33,020 nt of DNA from Lama guanicoe (Eukaryota): the NCBI GenBank assembly GCA_013239625.1, contig MU053391.1, positions 3,410 to 36,429 of the forward strand. The letters are read 5' to 3'. Numbering within the stretch: position 1 is the stretch's first letter; the number at the start of each line of letters is the position of its first letter. Positions 23,244-33,020 of this stretch are shown here, piece by piece. Made by a program: the position numbers and the translations under genes. Below the pieces are notes generated by a model. That model made no database searches. It was not told the origin of the DNA and saw only the letters and a list, made by a program, of their open reading frames with translations.

Positions 23244-23879
23244 CTATGAGAAAAGAAATGAAAAACAGTATCTACAAAATCAAAACCAATCTATCTATAT
23301 TTCCATCACTGTACCTGTTCTGAATTACAACCATCAGCAAAGTAGCCAAAGGAAAGGTCTTAAGGAATTTTGATACTCAACAATAGAGCTCTATACCTAA
23401 GTCCATACATAAATTCAACTTCATTTTTTTAAAATAATGCTGCTTTTTGAATACACTCATGTGATGAATCATGACATAATGTGTCACTTACTAAAGACAG
23501 TTTCCTACTGAAAATAGGATAGGACTATTTCTAGCCATTTCCCTTTCCAAATCATATGGCTCTTCATGGGAACAACTTTTGATTTCTAAGAATAAACAAA
23601 TTGTTAAATAAACATTACTATTAGCTCAGAACTTCTCACAGGAAAGCAAAATAAACTGTAGAAGTTTACAGGAATTCTAAAGATGACACTGAGAGACTAC
23701 AAGGAAAGGTGAACTGGGTTTTCCTATAAACTTAACCTTTCCTATAAGCTATAACTATAATTAATTAGTTAATACTGATGAATGCCTCTCATAATACATT
23801 AAAGACCAAAGTAGCTTAAAATGGAATTAAAGTTATACCAGACTTGCTTTAAAAAAATGTATACAGAAGAATGACAAGC

Positions 23880-24690
23880 TTCAACCAGCAGAGAAGGAAT
23901 AAGGAAGTTAGAAGTTTTAACAGATGCTCAGTCTAGTGGGTGAAGGATGAGGACAGGGTATTTAGATACCCTCAAAGAATCACCACACAAATGACTTACT
24001 GATTCTAAATGGACAAAAAGTAACTTCATAGTGGAGGAACAGGCAGACATCACCTAGACAAAGTGACCAAAGTGTTTATCCTCATTAGCAGTAATGAGAC
24101 CGACAGCCCTCAGACACAAGTCAGCCAACAGACAGGACACGGATCGCTCAGCAGACAAACCCAGAAGAAGAGACGTGTGTGTACAAAACAAGCCGGTGTA
24201 CGCGCCCCAATGGCACCGTCAGAAAGACAAAGACTGTGGAGCTGCCACAGGTTCAAGAGGCCTCAGGAGACGTGAAAACTAAACGCGATGTGTGATCTTA
24301 GATCAGCAAAAACAGCTATAAAGAACACTTCTAAATGCGGCTGTGGATTAGATAATTGATCGATGTCAAATTGGTCCAATTTGATCATTATACTGTGTAC
24401 ATGTCAAAGGATACCCCCGTTCTCAGAACATATGCACTAAAGTATTTGGTGGTTAAGGAGCATGGCATCTCTGACTTGCTGGCACGTGGTTCAGGAAAAA
24501 ATCATGCACACCTGCATATGTACATACCAGCACACATACATACATGTCTGTATGTGAGGGAGGGACTGATAGAAAAAATGGGAAATAGGAAAATTAGGCA
24601 ACTGGTTGTCCAGGTAAAGCAAATGTAGGATTTCCAAGTGCCAGCTTGCAACTTTCCTGTAGGCTTGAGTTACATCAAAATAAAAAGCTA
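23880..24690 (+). mobile_element. Ancient L1MC-type 3' UTR
   Basis: aaagtaacttcatagtggag..ggcagacatcacc..aagtgaccaaagt; cagacaaaccca; gagacgtgaaaactaaacgcgatgtgtgatc; cttgcaactttcctgtaggcttgagttacatcaaaataaaaag. Confidence 0.75.
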
Positions 24691-25792
24691 CATACAAACA
24701 ACAATAGTAAATAACAAGGTGTCCCAGTTTGTCTAACTTGGAATTTCAAGACTTTCAACTAAAGGACCCGAGGCCAGGGCCCTTCTACAGACGTCTGGTT
24801 TAGAGTTAATGGCAGTCAAACACGCCTCACAGACAGTGTAAGGCTTGGCTGTCATCTGCATCTGACGTAAGTTTTACAGGCTGAGGGCGCTGTAGCTGCG
24901 GACACAAGTATCTCTTTAACTGATGGTGCGGCTGCCACTTCAGAGCGACAGCAGACACACTGGGAAGGCATAGTATGAAAGATGATTTACAAGCTCAACT
25001 CTTCTAAATAAGTAAAAATATTCAACTTTCCTAAGTTGGTTGTGAAAAGTTATTACTTCATGGATTAAAACCATATTTAAGATGACATGAAACATCTCAC
25101 AATAAAATAATAAAAATGTTCTTGTCACATACGAACTTGCTGTTTATAACATTTCACATATGCATCTAGAATTTTTCAAATATGTCCATCCTTAACCATA
25201 ATATATTGAAAAGTTAAAAAGGTGCTCTAACATTTAGGACTTGTACAAATTAATTCTTGGTTAAAATCTACAAATAAAATGGTATAATGCTTTGAGTATC
25301 AGAGTGATTTGTATACAATTGAAAATATTATACAATATACACCAGCACACTACATATATAAATTTATTCAAAGTGAAGCCTCTGACATTTTCTAAGGGTA
25401 TCACAAAATTAACTTCTATGACTAGGTGATAATGTTTACCAAGGGCAGGCATGACTGTCCCAGAAGCTTACACAGGCTCTTCGTAATACTGGCCAGGGGC
25501 TTGGCCGCATACTGGCTGCCCCTAAAGTCGTCATTAAATAATGACTTAAAGTGTAACTGCAGGCATCTCTGACTGGCCTAGAAAACTCAGAGATGCCTTC
25601 AGAGCTTCTGGAGTAGTTCTGTCACTATAGATGCCAATATCTTCCAATTCTGAAATACACTGATGCTGGAACTGGAATAAATATTGGACCCAGCAGGTTT
25701 TCACTGACCTAAAGGAGTTTAGTAAATGTTCCACACAACCAAATGGCAATGAGCAACACCCATCAACTGAAAGAGACACCACTGTTATTTGC

Positions 25793-26980
25793 TTCACATG
25801 CCCTGATTTCAAACTGTATTACAAAGACATAGTAATCAAAAGAGCATAGTATTGGCAGAAAAATTTAAACATACATCAGTGTAACAGAATTGAAAGTCCG
25901 CAATGAAACTCATACCTGTATGTGCAATTAATTTCTGACAAAGAAGAAAAGAACATACAATGGAGAAAGGAGAGTCTCTTCAAAATCATGTTAGAAAAAC
26001 TGGACAGCCAGGTTTAAAAAAAAAATGAAGCTAGACCACTATCTCACATCATGCACAAAAATCAACTCAAAATGGATTAAAAACTTCAATGTAATGCCTG
26101 AAACCATAAAACTACTAAAAGCAAATATAGGCACTATGCTTTGGACATACAGGTGGCCAACGGACTCTTGAAAAGATGTTCAACATCACTAATTATTAGG
26201 GAAATGAAAATCAAAACTACAATTGCCTCACTCCTATTGGAATGGCGATTATCAAATAAATAGGAAATAACAAGTGTTGGTAAGAATGTGGAGAAAAGAG
26301 AAACCTCACGCACTGTTTCTGGGGATGTAAATTCATGCAGCTGCTATGGAAAACAGCAGGGAGACTCTTCAAAAAATTAAGAATAGAATTACCACATGAC
26401 TCACCTTTTCTACTTCTGGGTCTTTATCCTAAGAATACTAAAACACTAATTCAAAAAGATACATGCACCCTTATGTTCACTAGCATTACTTATAACAGCC
26501 AAGATATGGATGCAACCTAATTGCCCATCAATAGATGAATGGATATAGAAGATATGGTACATATATACAAATGCAGTATTACTCAGCCATATAAAGATGA
26601 ACTTTCACCCTAATCAACAACATGGATGGACCCTGAGGGTGTTATGTGAAGTGAAATAAGTCAGGGCAGAAAAACAAATGCTGTATGATTTCACTCATAT
26701 GTGGAATATAGAAAATAAACTAGCAAACAAAAAAGCAAAATATATTAATAAACCAAACCAACTAAAAATAAACATATAGCTACTGAGAACAGAGTAGTGG
26801 TTACAATAGGGGAAGGACAAAATAAGTAACGGTGGGATAACTGGATAGTGACACATGGAAAGTATTTTTGGTGACGAGGTCACTGTAGGGCACCAAGAAT
26901 TAGAAGTACAATGTTGTATACATGAAACTTATATAATGTTATAGACCAATGTTAATTGAGTAAAAAATTTGAAAAAAGAA
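25793..26980 (+). mobile_element. 5'-truncated older L1 (L1MA9-like 3' UTR) with an internal deletion at ~26145
   Basis: cctgatttcaaactgtattacaaag (PDFKLYYK). ORF 26335-26520 LWKT..FKKLRIELPHD..LLGLYPK is ORF2. The 3' UTR ends ttatataatgttatagaccaatgtta plus an A-rich tail. Confidence 0.92.
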
Positions 26981-27110
26981 ACCTCAGTGAAGTTGCAACT
27001 TTTAGAACACTGGACAAGAACTTCAGATGTTCCTGTGAAATTATTATTTCTTAGGAAAATTGATAAGGCTTATCAGAAACCATGAGTTCCAACATATATA
27101 CATTCAGAGG

Positions 27111-27162
27111 TTTTTTTTTTTAGCAGTTTAATTGAGTTATAGTCATTTTACAATGTTGTGTC
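27111..27162 (-). mobile_element. Very short L1 3'-terminal insertion (tail plus ~40 nt)
   Basis: Poly-T followed by agcagttttaattgagttatagtcattttacaatgttgtgtc, which matches the L1 3' terminus at 7514-7561. Confidence 0.75.
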
Positions 27163-27645
27163 ACAGTTTTAAGATATAGAAACCAAGACCACAGGTAGCA
27201 CAGAAATGTGGCAGAGGTATAATAAGAATGACCTGCAAATCACGTGGACAATTGAGTTAACAAGTAACTATTATTAAAACCGGAGAGGATGTGGGTTATG
27301 GCTATGTGAGGTGTGCTACTCAAACAAGCTCAATGCCTTTCTACTGCTCCAGACACTGGTCAGAATCCTCCATCCATGCTCTGTTCTGACTTTTATCTTT
27401 CAGAGTTTTAGCAATGGGTATGGTCATCTGTGAGGCTGTCTACAAAGCAACAATGAAAGGACTAAATAAAATGTAAAGATAACATGAAGAAATGTTAACC
27501 AGGAGAAGACAAAGTACAGTATGGTTTAAGTATCTCCACAAGTGATGCATTTCTTCCATTTATTCTTAACTTTGAGAACCGTAAGAGAGACAGGTGGGGT
27601 TATATTAGAATAATGGAAATAAAAATGTAAATTAAAGAATTAAAA

Positions 27646-27938
27646 ATAGAAAGAGACTCACAGACATAGAAAACAAACTTATGGTTACCAAAGAGGAAAG
27701 GGAGGGAGAAGGGATCCATTGGGAGTTTGGGATTAGCAGATACAAACTACTATATACAGAATAAATGAACAACATAGCCCTACTATAGAGAACAGGGAGC
27801 TGTATTCAATAATTTGCAGTAACCTCTAATGAAAAAGAACATATGTATGTGTGTGTGTGTATAACTGAATCACTATGCTGTACACTAGAAACTCCCCGGC
27901 ATTGTAAATCAACTACACTTCAATAAAAAAGAAAAAAA
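27646..27938 (+). mobile_element. Cetartiodactyl-type L1 3' UTR fragment with A tail
   Basis: agactcacagacatagaaaacaaacttatggttacc...gggagtttgggattagcagatacaaactactata...attgtaaatcaactacacttcaataaaaaa; homologous to 4350-4655. Confidence 0.92.
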
Positions 27939-27969
27939 GCATGAAAGAAGTAGTAAGTTACTAAGATTT

Positions 27970-28570
27970 TGTCTCAGTCCCTAACTCCCTTTCCGTACTA
28001 AGGCCTGGGATGCTGGTGCTGGGAGTCAGCCAATTACCTTTGTCCTTTGCCATCTGGCTCCCTGACAGGTTTCACCAAGGAGGAGGGAAGAGAGGGATTG
28101 GAGGAAGGGACAGGAAGCTAGGGGATTTGCTGCTCTGGTGAGCTCTGCCCCCAGACACTTCTCACGAATCAGCAGGTGGCTCCGGTTCCCTGCTTGGTTT
28201 TACAGGCCCAAATCCAGCATCAAAGCACCCTCCAAAGTACCAGCCCAGTCAGTACCACCTCCTCAAAGCTCGCAATCTCAGCTCTGCGAGGCTCATTCTC
28301 TGAGCTCCACGGGCACTGTTTGCACAGCCAGCATCCTCTCCACAGACGTCTGGGTCTGAGCCCCACAGAACGCTCTCCCTCTCGTGCTAGGTTCCTGGAC
28401 AACTCCAACCTCTTCATCTCACTCCTCTAGCCCTAGGGATGATGGCTGCTCCCAATAGTTACCTGAGAGTCCCTTTTTGCTCTAACATGTCTTAACCTAA
28501 TTACCTGTGTAAAATGATTTCCATTACACTAACAAATATGGCTTCTGTTTCCCTGACTTCACTTACAACT
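27970..28570 (+). mobile_element. ERVL-type solo LTR, LTR33-like, old
   Basis: ctctagccctagggatgatggctgctccc, ttacctgtgtaa and ggcttctgtttccctgac resemble the LTR33/LTR16-family 3' half as I recall it. The segment is GC-richer than its flanks. Confidence 0.55.
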
Positions 28571-28979
28571 AGTAGAAACATTAATCTATTAATTTAATGG
28601 ATTATATTTTTCTAAGTACTTAACAGCTTTCTGGCACCAGTATTTAAAAATTTTATTTTTATTTATTGCTTATACATAATATCTATTTTAACTGTTCACA
28701 GATAACATGCTAGTTTTTCAAGTTACTCTTTCCCCAAAAACGGTTTTATATATAGTACTGTTCATCTGCAAACATATATTTGAAGTCTTCTTATACATAG
28801 TTTGTTCTTTTAATTAAATTTCACATGGTCCTTAATTGTGTTTATGCTTGAATTTGCTAAGCTATATAATTTCATCATAAACAATAAAAAAAAGGGCTGT
28901 ATTGTTGCACATTTTAAATTAGTAAGTCCAGATGATTACATCTCAGCTCTAATTCAGATAGATTCTTGGATGGTTACCT

Positions 28980-29690
28980 ATTTTTATTTCTTCTTAAATA
29001 CAATGATTAAAGATATATATGAACAGAGGAGCATATATAACATGTATATAACATATACCCAATTTCCAACTTAAGACACAGAACAGAACTAGTATTTTGG
29101 AAGGGTCCCTTATGCTCCTTACATCCCACCCTCAGGCCCAGAGGCAACCACTACCTTCAAGGTTGACTTTTTCATCCCCTTGCTATCCCTAAATAAGTTA
29201 TTTTATATGTGTGTGTGTGTGTGTGTGTGTATATATACACACACACATATAGATATATAAACTTTGAAAATTGAAATCATACTGTTTGTATTTTCCATGC
29301 CTTGTTTTTTCTTAAGATTGTATTAATAAGAGTTATCTATTTTTAATGCAGATAAATGTAGTGCAATTAATTTCACTCTTCAATGATGTTCTTTGAGAGA
29401 AGATACTAATTTACTCAGCAATTATTTTATTGAAAAATATCTGAGGGGTTTGGTTGCTGCTGCTATAAATGTAGTTAGCCTGGTCAACTCTGCACTGGTA
29501 TATACATCTAGGGACCAAAAGCTGGGTCAGAGAATATGGATTTTAAAAAGTTAGTGAAATATTGCCAGATATTTTTCCAAGAAAGTGTGTTAATTTATAT
29601 TTCCACTATCAATGTAAAAGAGATCTCACTAATCCATATTTTTGAAAATATTTCACATTCTCTGACTTTTTAAATTTTTTAAAAAGATAT
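28980..29690 (-). mobile_element. Ancient L1ME-type fragment
   Basis: cccagaggcaaccactacc..tcatccccttgct; aatcatactgtttgtatt; gctgggtcagagaatatg..attgccagatatttttccaa..aatttatatttccactatcaatgt (antisense old L1 3' region). Confidence 0.75.
29205..29258. repeat. (TG)n(TA)n(CA)n compound, self-complementary microsatellite
   Basis: atatgtgtgtgtgtgtgtgtgtgtgtatatatacacacacacatat. Confidence 0.9.
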
Positions 29691-30819
29691 TAATCAGTAG
29701 TATTTTGGTGTAATTTGAAAAGGTATTGATACTTACACCCTCACTTTTAACATGCTGTCATTTACCTCTGTAAATGTCTACTTATAAATCTACCAGTGTA
29801 TTTTTATCAATGTTCTCCTGCAGGGCAAGTTCATCCAGACAGCTTTACTGAAGAGTCTCTCTGAGTACAAAGGGTGAGCAGGAGTTTGCAAATGGAAAAT
29901 GGAAAAAGAAATAATCACAGGACCTCAGTCACAGAGAATGAAACATTCACAAAGAGTACTTTAAATGACTTGAATCCCATGGTGACAGTTTACTCCATAT
30001 ATGAAGTAAATTATACTTTCATGTGATAATTTGTTTATTGGGTCCCTGTGTGAAACAGTATCTTACAGCTTTGAATTAATCCAAGTTGATCATTGCATGA
30101 AAAGAAAACACTTTTGCAAAGTACACACTGTAACACAATCAGGGATAATTTCTAAAATAAAATAAGTCTTCATTTAAATGTCAGATAAATAATCACCATT
30201 AATTATTGTGGTTTTTCTCAAGGCAGTCAGGTCCGAAAAGCAAGAGATTAGTGAAAATGAGGAAATACAACTTTACTTTTTTTTTGTAATGTGAATAAAT
30301 GGCATAAAATCTTAAAATTAAATGACCAATGACTTGATTTCCTTCTTATTAACTCTCCCTTCCACTAGCAAAATTACCACTGAAAGTAATGGAAAGTCAA
30401 GAGATTTACAGCATAAAAAGTCTAAACATCCTAGAAAATGTTTATCTGAATTAAGTACATGTGCATATTGGTACAGGGAAGGGGAGGGAAAATGAGAAGA
30501 GAGAGAAAGATAATAAAAGCTTACTGACTTTGGAAAAAATCACAAGTCAAAATGTTTCCTTCAAAGCTTATGTAAAGGCTTTTAAACATCTCAAACAGAA
30601 ATACTTTACAGTAATCTAATGTTCACCTGGAGGAAATTATGGAGCAATCAAATTTTTAAGAAGCAGTTATATATTAGCTTGTACACAGAAACATTTAGTT
30701 TATACCACGCTCACTGGCCCTAAAATTGGAATCATTTTTTAAAGTTCTTTCCATCTCTTCTGTCCCCCTCCTTTGTCAAAATGATTATCATCTTTTATTT
30801 GAGTTTCTTACCAACATGT

Positions 30820-31715
30820 CTCTGAAATTCTATGCTTGCCAGAGCAGTACTTTCAAGACACAAACTATATCACTCCAATTCCCTAAACAGAATTCTTCAG
30901 TGGCTGGATATTGCATTTGGAATAAAATGTAAATCCCTTCTAAAGCATATGAACTTGTGTGTTCTGCATGATCAGAAAACTTTCTCATCTTATGTTTATT
31001 GCATTCTATGAATACAGGGGTATCTGGACTATTCATTCCTCCTGGATTCTCTTCTGGAATAGTATTAGCATCCACCCGGTATACAAGCTATTAAAGAGTC
31101 ATCTTATCCCTTCTTCCTTACTCTCTGTATCTGGTTAGAATCTTGTTGTAATGCATCTCCAAGTACTCCCAGATCCTTTTCATCCTAACACAGGGACCTC
31201 AGCTTGTGCCCTCAACAACTGACTGTCTAGGTCTGCTGCTTCAAGTCTCCCCTCTAAACCATGATTCACAAGTGCCTCCTGATGGCCTTTCAGAAACGCC
31301 TATCTGAGTGTACTGCGTCCTGGCCTAGAAGCATTCCCATGGCTAAGTAGTGATTGCAGATTGGATTCCAAACTTTTCAGTAGGTCCTTAAGACCCTTTG
31401 CAAGGATGGCTTGTCATCTTCTGATTCCATGTCCCTGAGCAACTTATGTTCTAGCTATATCAGATTTTGCAATCCATTTCTTGTCACTTTTTAGGTTACT
31501 TTTCAAAATCCAATTTACATGTAATTTTCCAAGAATATTTAAACATTCCTTTTCTGTGTTTCTATATTATCTTATTTACATAACTAAAAGTACCTGTATA
31601 CTGTATAGCGGTTATTCACAGAAGTATTGGTCTTCTTATTAGTCTATGAACTAGAAGGAAGGGTTTATGTTTTTATTTTTTATTTTCTATTAATTTAATA
31701 AAAGTTGTTGAATGA
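30820..31715 (+). mobile_element. LINE-2 relics (at least two fragments, ending in an L2 3' end)
   Basis: gccagagcagtactttcaa..tcactcc..cttcagtggct..ttgcatttggaataaaatgtaaatccctt; gagtcatctt; ggattccaaacttttcagtaggtccttaagacccttt; aataaaagttgttgaatga. Confidence 0.6.
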
Positions 31716-31814
31716 TAGGTATTAGACTAATATCTCTGAGATTCCTTACTGATCTAAATCTCATAAATTTTATTTTTCAATTCTATTTTATGAGACATCC
31801 CACCCTTTAAATTC

Positions 31815-32150
31815 ACAAGTTGCTTTTCTAGAAGGTATTTGGGTAATAAAAATCAAGAATCTGAAAACAAATATTCATTGCCTCTGATCCCATAATTATC
31901 AGAATCTATATTAAAGAATAATCAGAGCTATAGTAAAAAGGCTGTCAATAAGGATGTTCAACACAATGTTTCTCAAGAGCAAGGAAAACTGGAGTCTAAT
32001 TTCTTACAAGAATCAAATGACAACTAAATTACAGTGCAATCATAAGATGGATTATTATGAAATCATCTTAAAAAGATTTTGAATTACATTAAATGACACG
32101 GGAAATGCTCATGTTATAATTTTCAGTGGGAAAAAATGTATAAAAGTGAA
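31815..32150 (+). mobile_element. Ancient L1ME-type 3' fragment
   Basis: ctttctagaagg..tttgg; ctctgatccc; aaggatgttca; ggaaaactgga; aatgacacgggaaatgctcatgttataatt. Confidence 0.65.
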
Positions 32151-32519
32151 TAGAGATTTCCAGTCAAATGGAATGAAAAATTCATAGGCTGAGCCTTTGT
32201 GCTGCTGAAAACACATAGCAATGAATGAGAACATAAAGAGAGAAAACCAAGCCACACAGTGTGCTTTAAAAAAATGATAATATCTCTTTGGACCAGAAAT
32301 AGCAGAGAAGCCCAAGTTAATAAGCAGTGTGGAGGTGAGAGGTCACTGGAGTGTGCACATGGAGGAGAAGGTAAAGATCTTGGCTTATGCAGAAACTGGT
32401 AGGGGGAGAGGTCACACAGCAGGGAATGGAACTGGACTCACTACTGGAAACACAGAATGTGACTGGGCTCCACACTCATAAAAGGAGGGTCAAAACAGCT
32501 ATGGTCCACACACAGCTGT

Positions 32520-33000
32520 GTGCCTAGGGCAGCGAGGTCCAGTCCCTCCCTTGGCCTCTGTAGAGGCGCCCTCTGCCCAGCCTCTGCGGACGGCCCTGGC
32601 CACTGTTTGCAGGGGACGCCTGTTAGAATACACTGTTTTGGCTGTTTCCAACTTGCCGTGGCCCCTTCGGGGCAATCGCAGGAGACCCCCATGCTGGCGC
32701 CCACTGTTCCGCTCGCCCCCCACAACCGAGTAGGCAAACGGGGAGACCTGCTCGGAAGAGCCACCCAACTTTTCAGGAACAGCCTCCCACCCAACCACCC
32801 ACGCAGCCCCCGGGCTCCCTCCAGCGGGCCCCTCGCTCCCGGCACGAGGAAGGGGTTGCTCCCCTGCCCCCAAGCCATCTAGACTGTTTCCAAGAGTGAG
32901 TGTGATGGTCAAACTTCTGTACACACCAGGGGCTCCACGGACACCTGCTGGTGGATTTGCTCAGAAGATGGGTGGGGAGGGGGCGCCCTAGAGGAGCGGA
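32520..33000. promoter_or_regulatory. CpG-island-like GC-rich segment (possible promoter flank or insulator)
   Basis: About 20 CpGs in 32521-32850 (hand count) against a CpG-poor background. It contains a G-rich Sp/KLF-like ggggagggggcgc and CTCF-like motifs. Confidence 0.55.
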
Positions 33001-33020
33001 ACACATAGTATGGATGGAGG

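Noticed and set aside
24715..24780. Weak resemblance to a MER81-like hAT element; also weak MIR-like stretches at ~25660-25755 and ~31722-31768
   Set aside because: Matches are too short and degenerate to call without an HMM search.
28138..28430. Ser/Pro-rich short ORFs
   Set aside because: They fall inside the LTR33-like solo LTR and show no coding signature.
29737..29860. Minus-strand donor ggt|gtaagt at 29736 with possible acceptors at 29817 or 29860
   Set aside because: All frames of the shared 81-nt part are closed and the acceptor is ambiguous, so it cannot be supported without transcript data.
29824..29873. Plus-strand 50-nt exon-like segment (ctcctgcag|GGCAAG...AAAGG|gtgagc; GKFIQTALLKSLSEYKG)
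   Set aside because: It overlaps sequence resembling antisense L2, the peptide is not recognisable, and I found no partner exons. Likely chance.
32441..33006. Several overlapping 70-145 aa ORFs
   Set aside because: Expected in GC-rich DNA on both strands. They have low-complexity Pro/Gly/Ala/Arg composition and no recognisable domain.
1..33020. CRISPR arrays, operons or other prokaryotic systems
   Set aside because: The sequence is mammalian repeat-rich DNA with no regularly spaced repeat-spacer structure or gene-dense organisation.

Overview
Mammalian genomic DNA from a draft assembly with four N-gaps, most likely a camelid (camel or alpaca). The assignment rests on a tRNA-derived Vic-1-type SINE and cetartiodactyl/camelid-type L1 3' ends, with no Alu, Bov-B or PRE-1 elements seen. 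Roughly two thirds of the called sequence is decayed, nested LINE-1 of several ages. The rest includes L2 relics, an ERVL-type solo LTR (LTR33-like), microsatellites, short unique AT-rich stretches and a CpG-island-like segment at the right end. No intact protein-coding gene is supported: the recognisable ORFs are broken L1 ORF1/ORF2 pieces, and the others are N-gap artefacts or chance ORFs. I found no convincing new biological system. The notable points are structural: patchy near-identity (probable gene conversion) between two inverted L1 copies, a real 608-bp tandem duplication, a probably artefactual 836-bp duplication, a 24-nt inverted templated insertion, a CpG-rich patch inside an ancient L1, an unexplained GC-rich fragment between gaps, and one well-formed 38-nt minus-strand exon candidate. 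Repeat family names come from my recall of consensus sequences, not from a database search, and boundaries are approximate.
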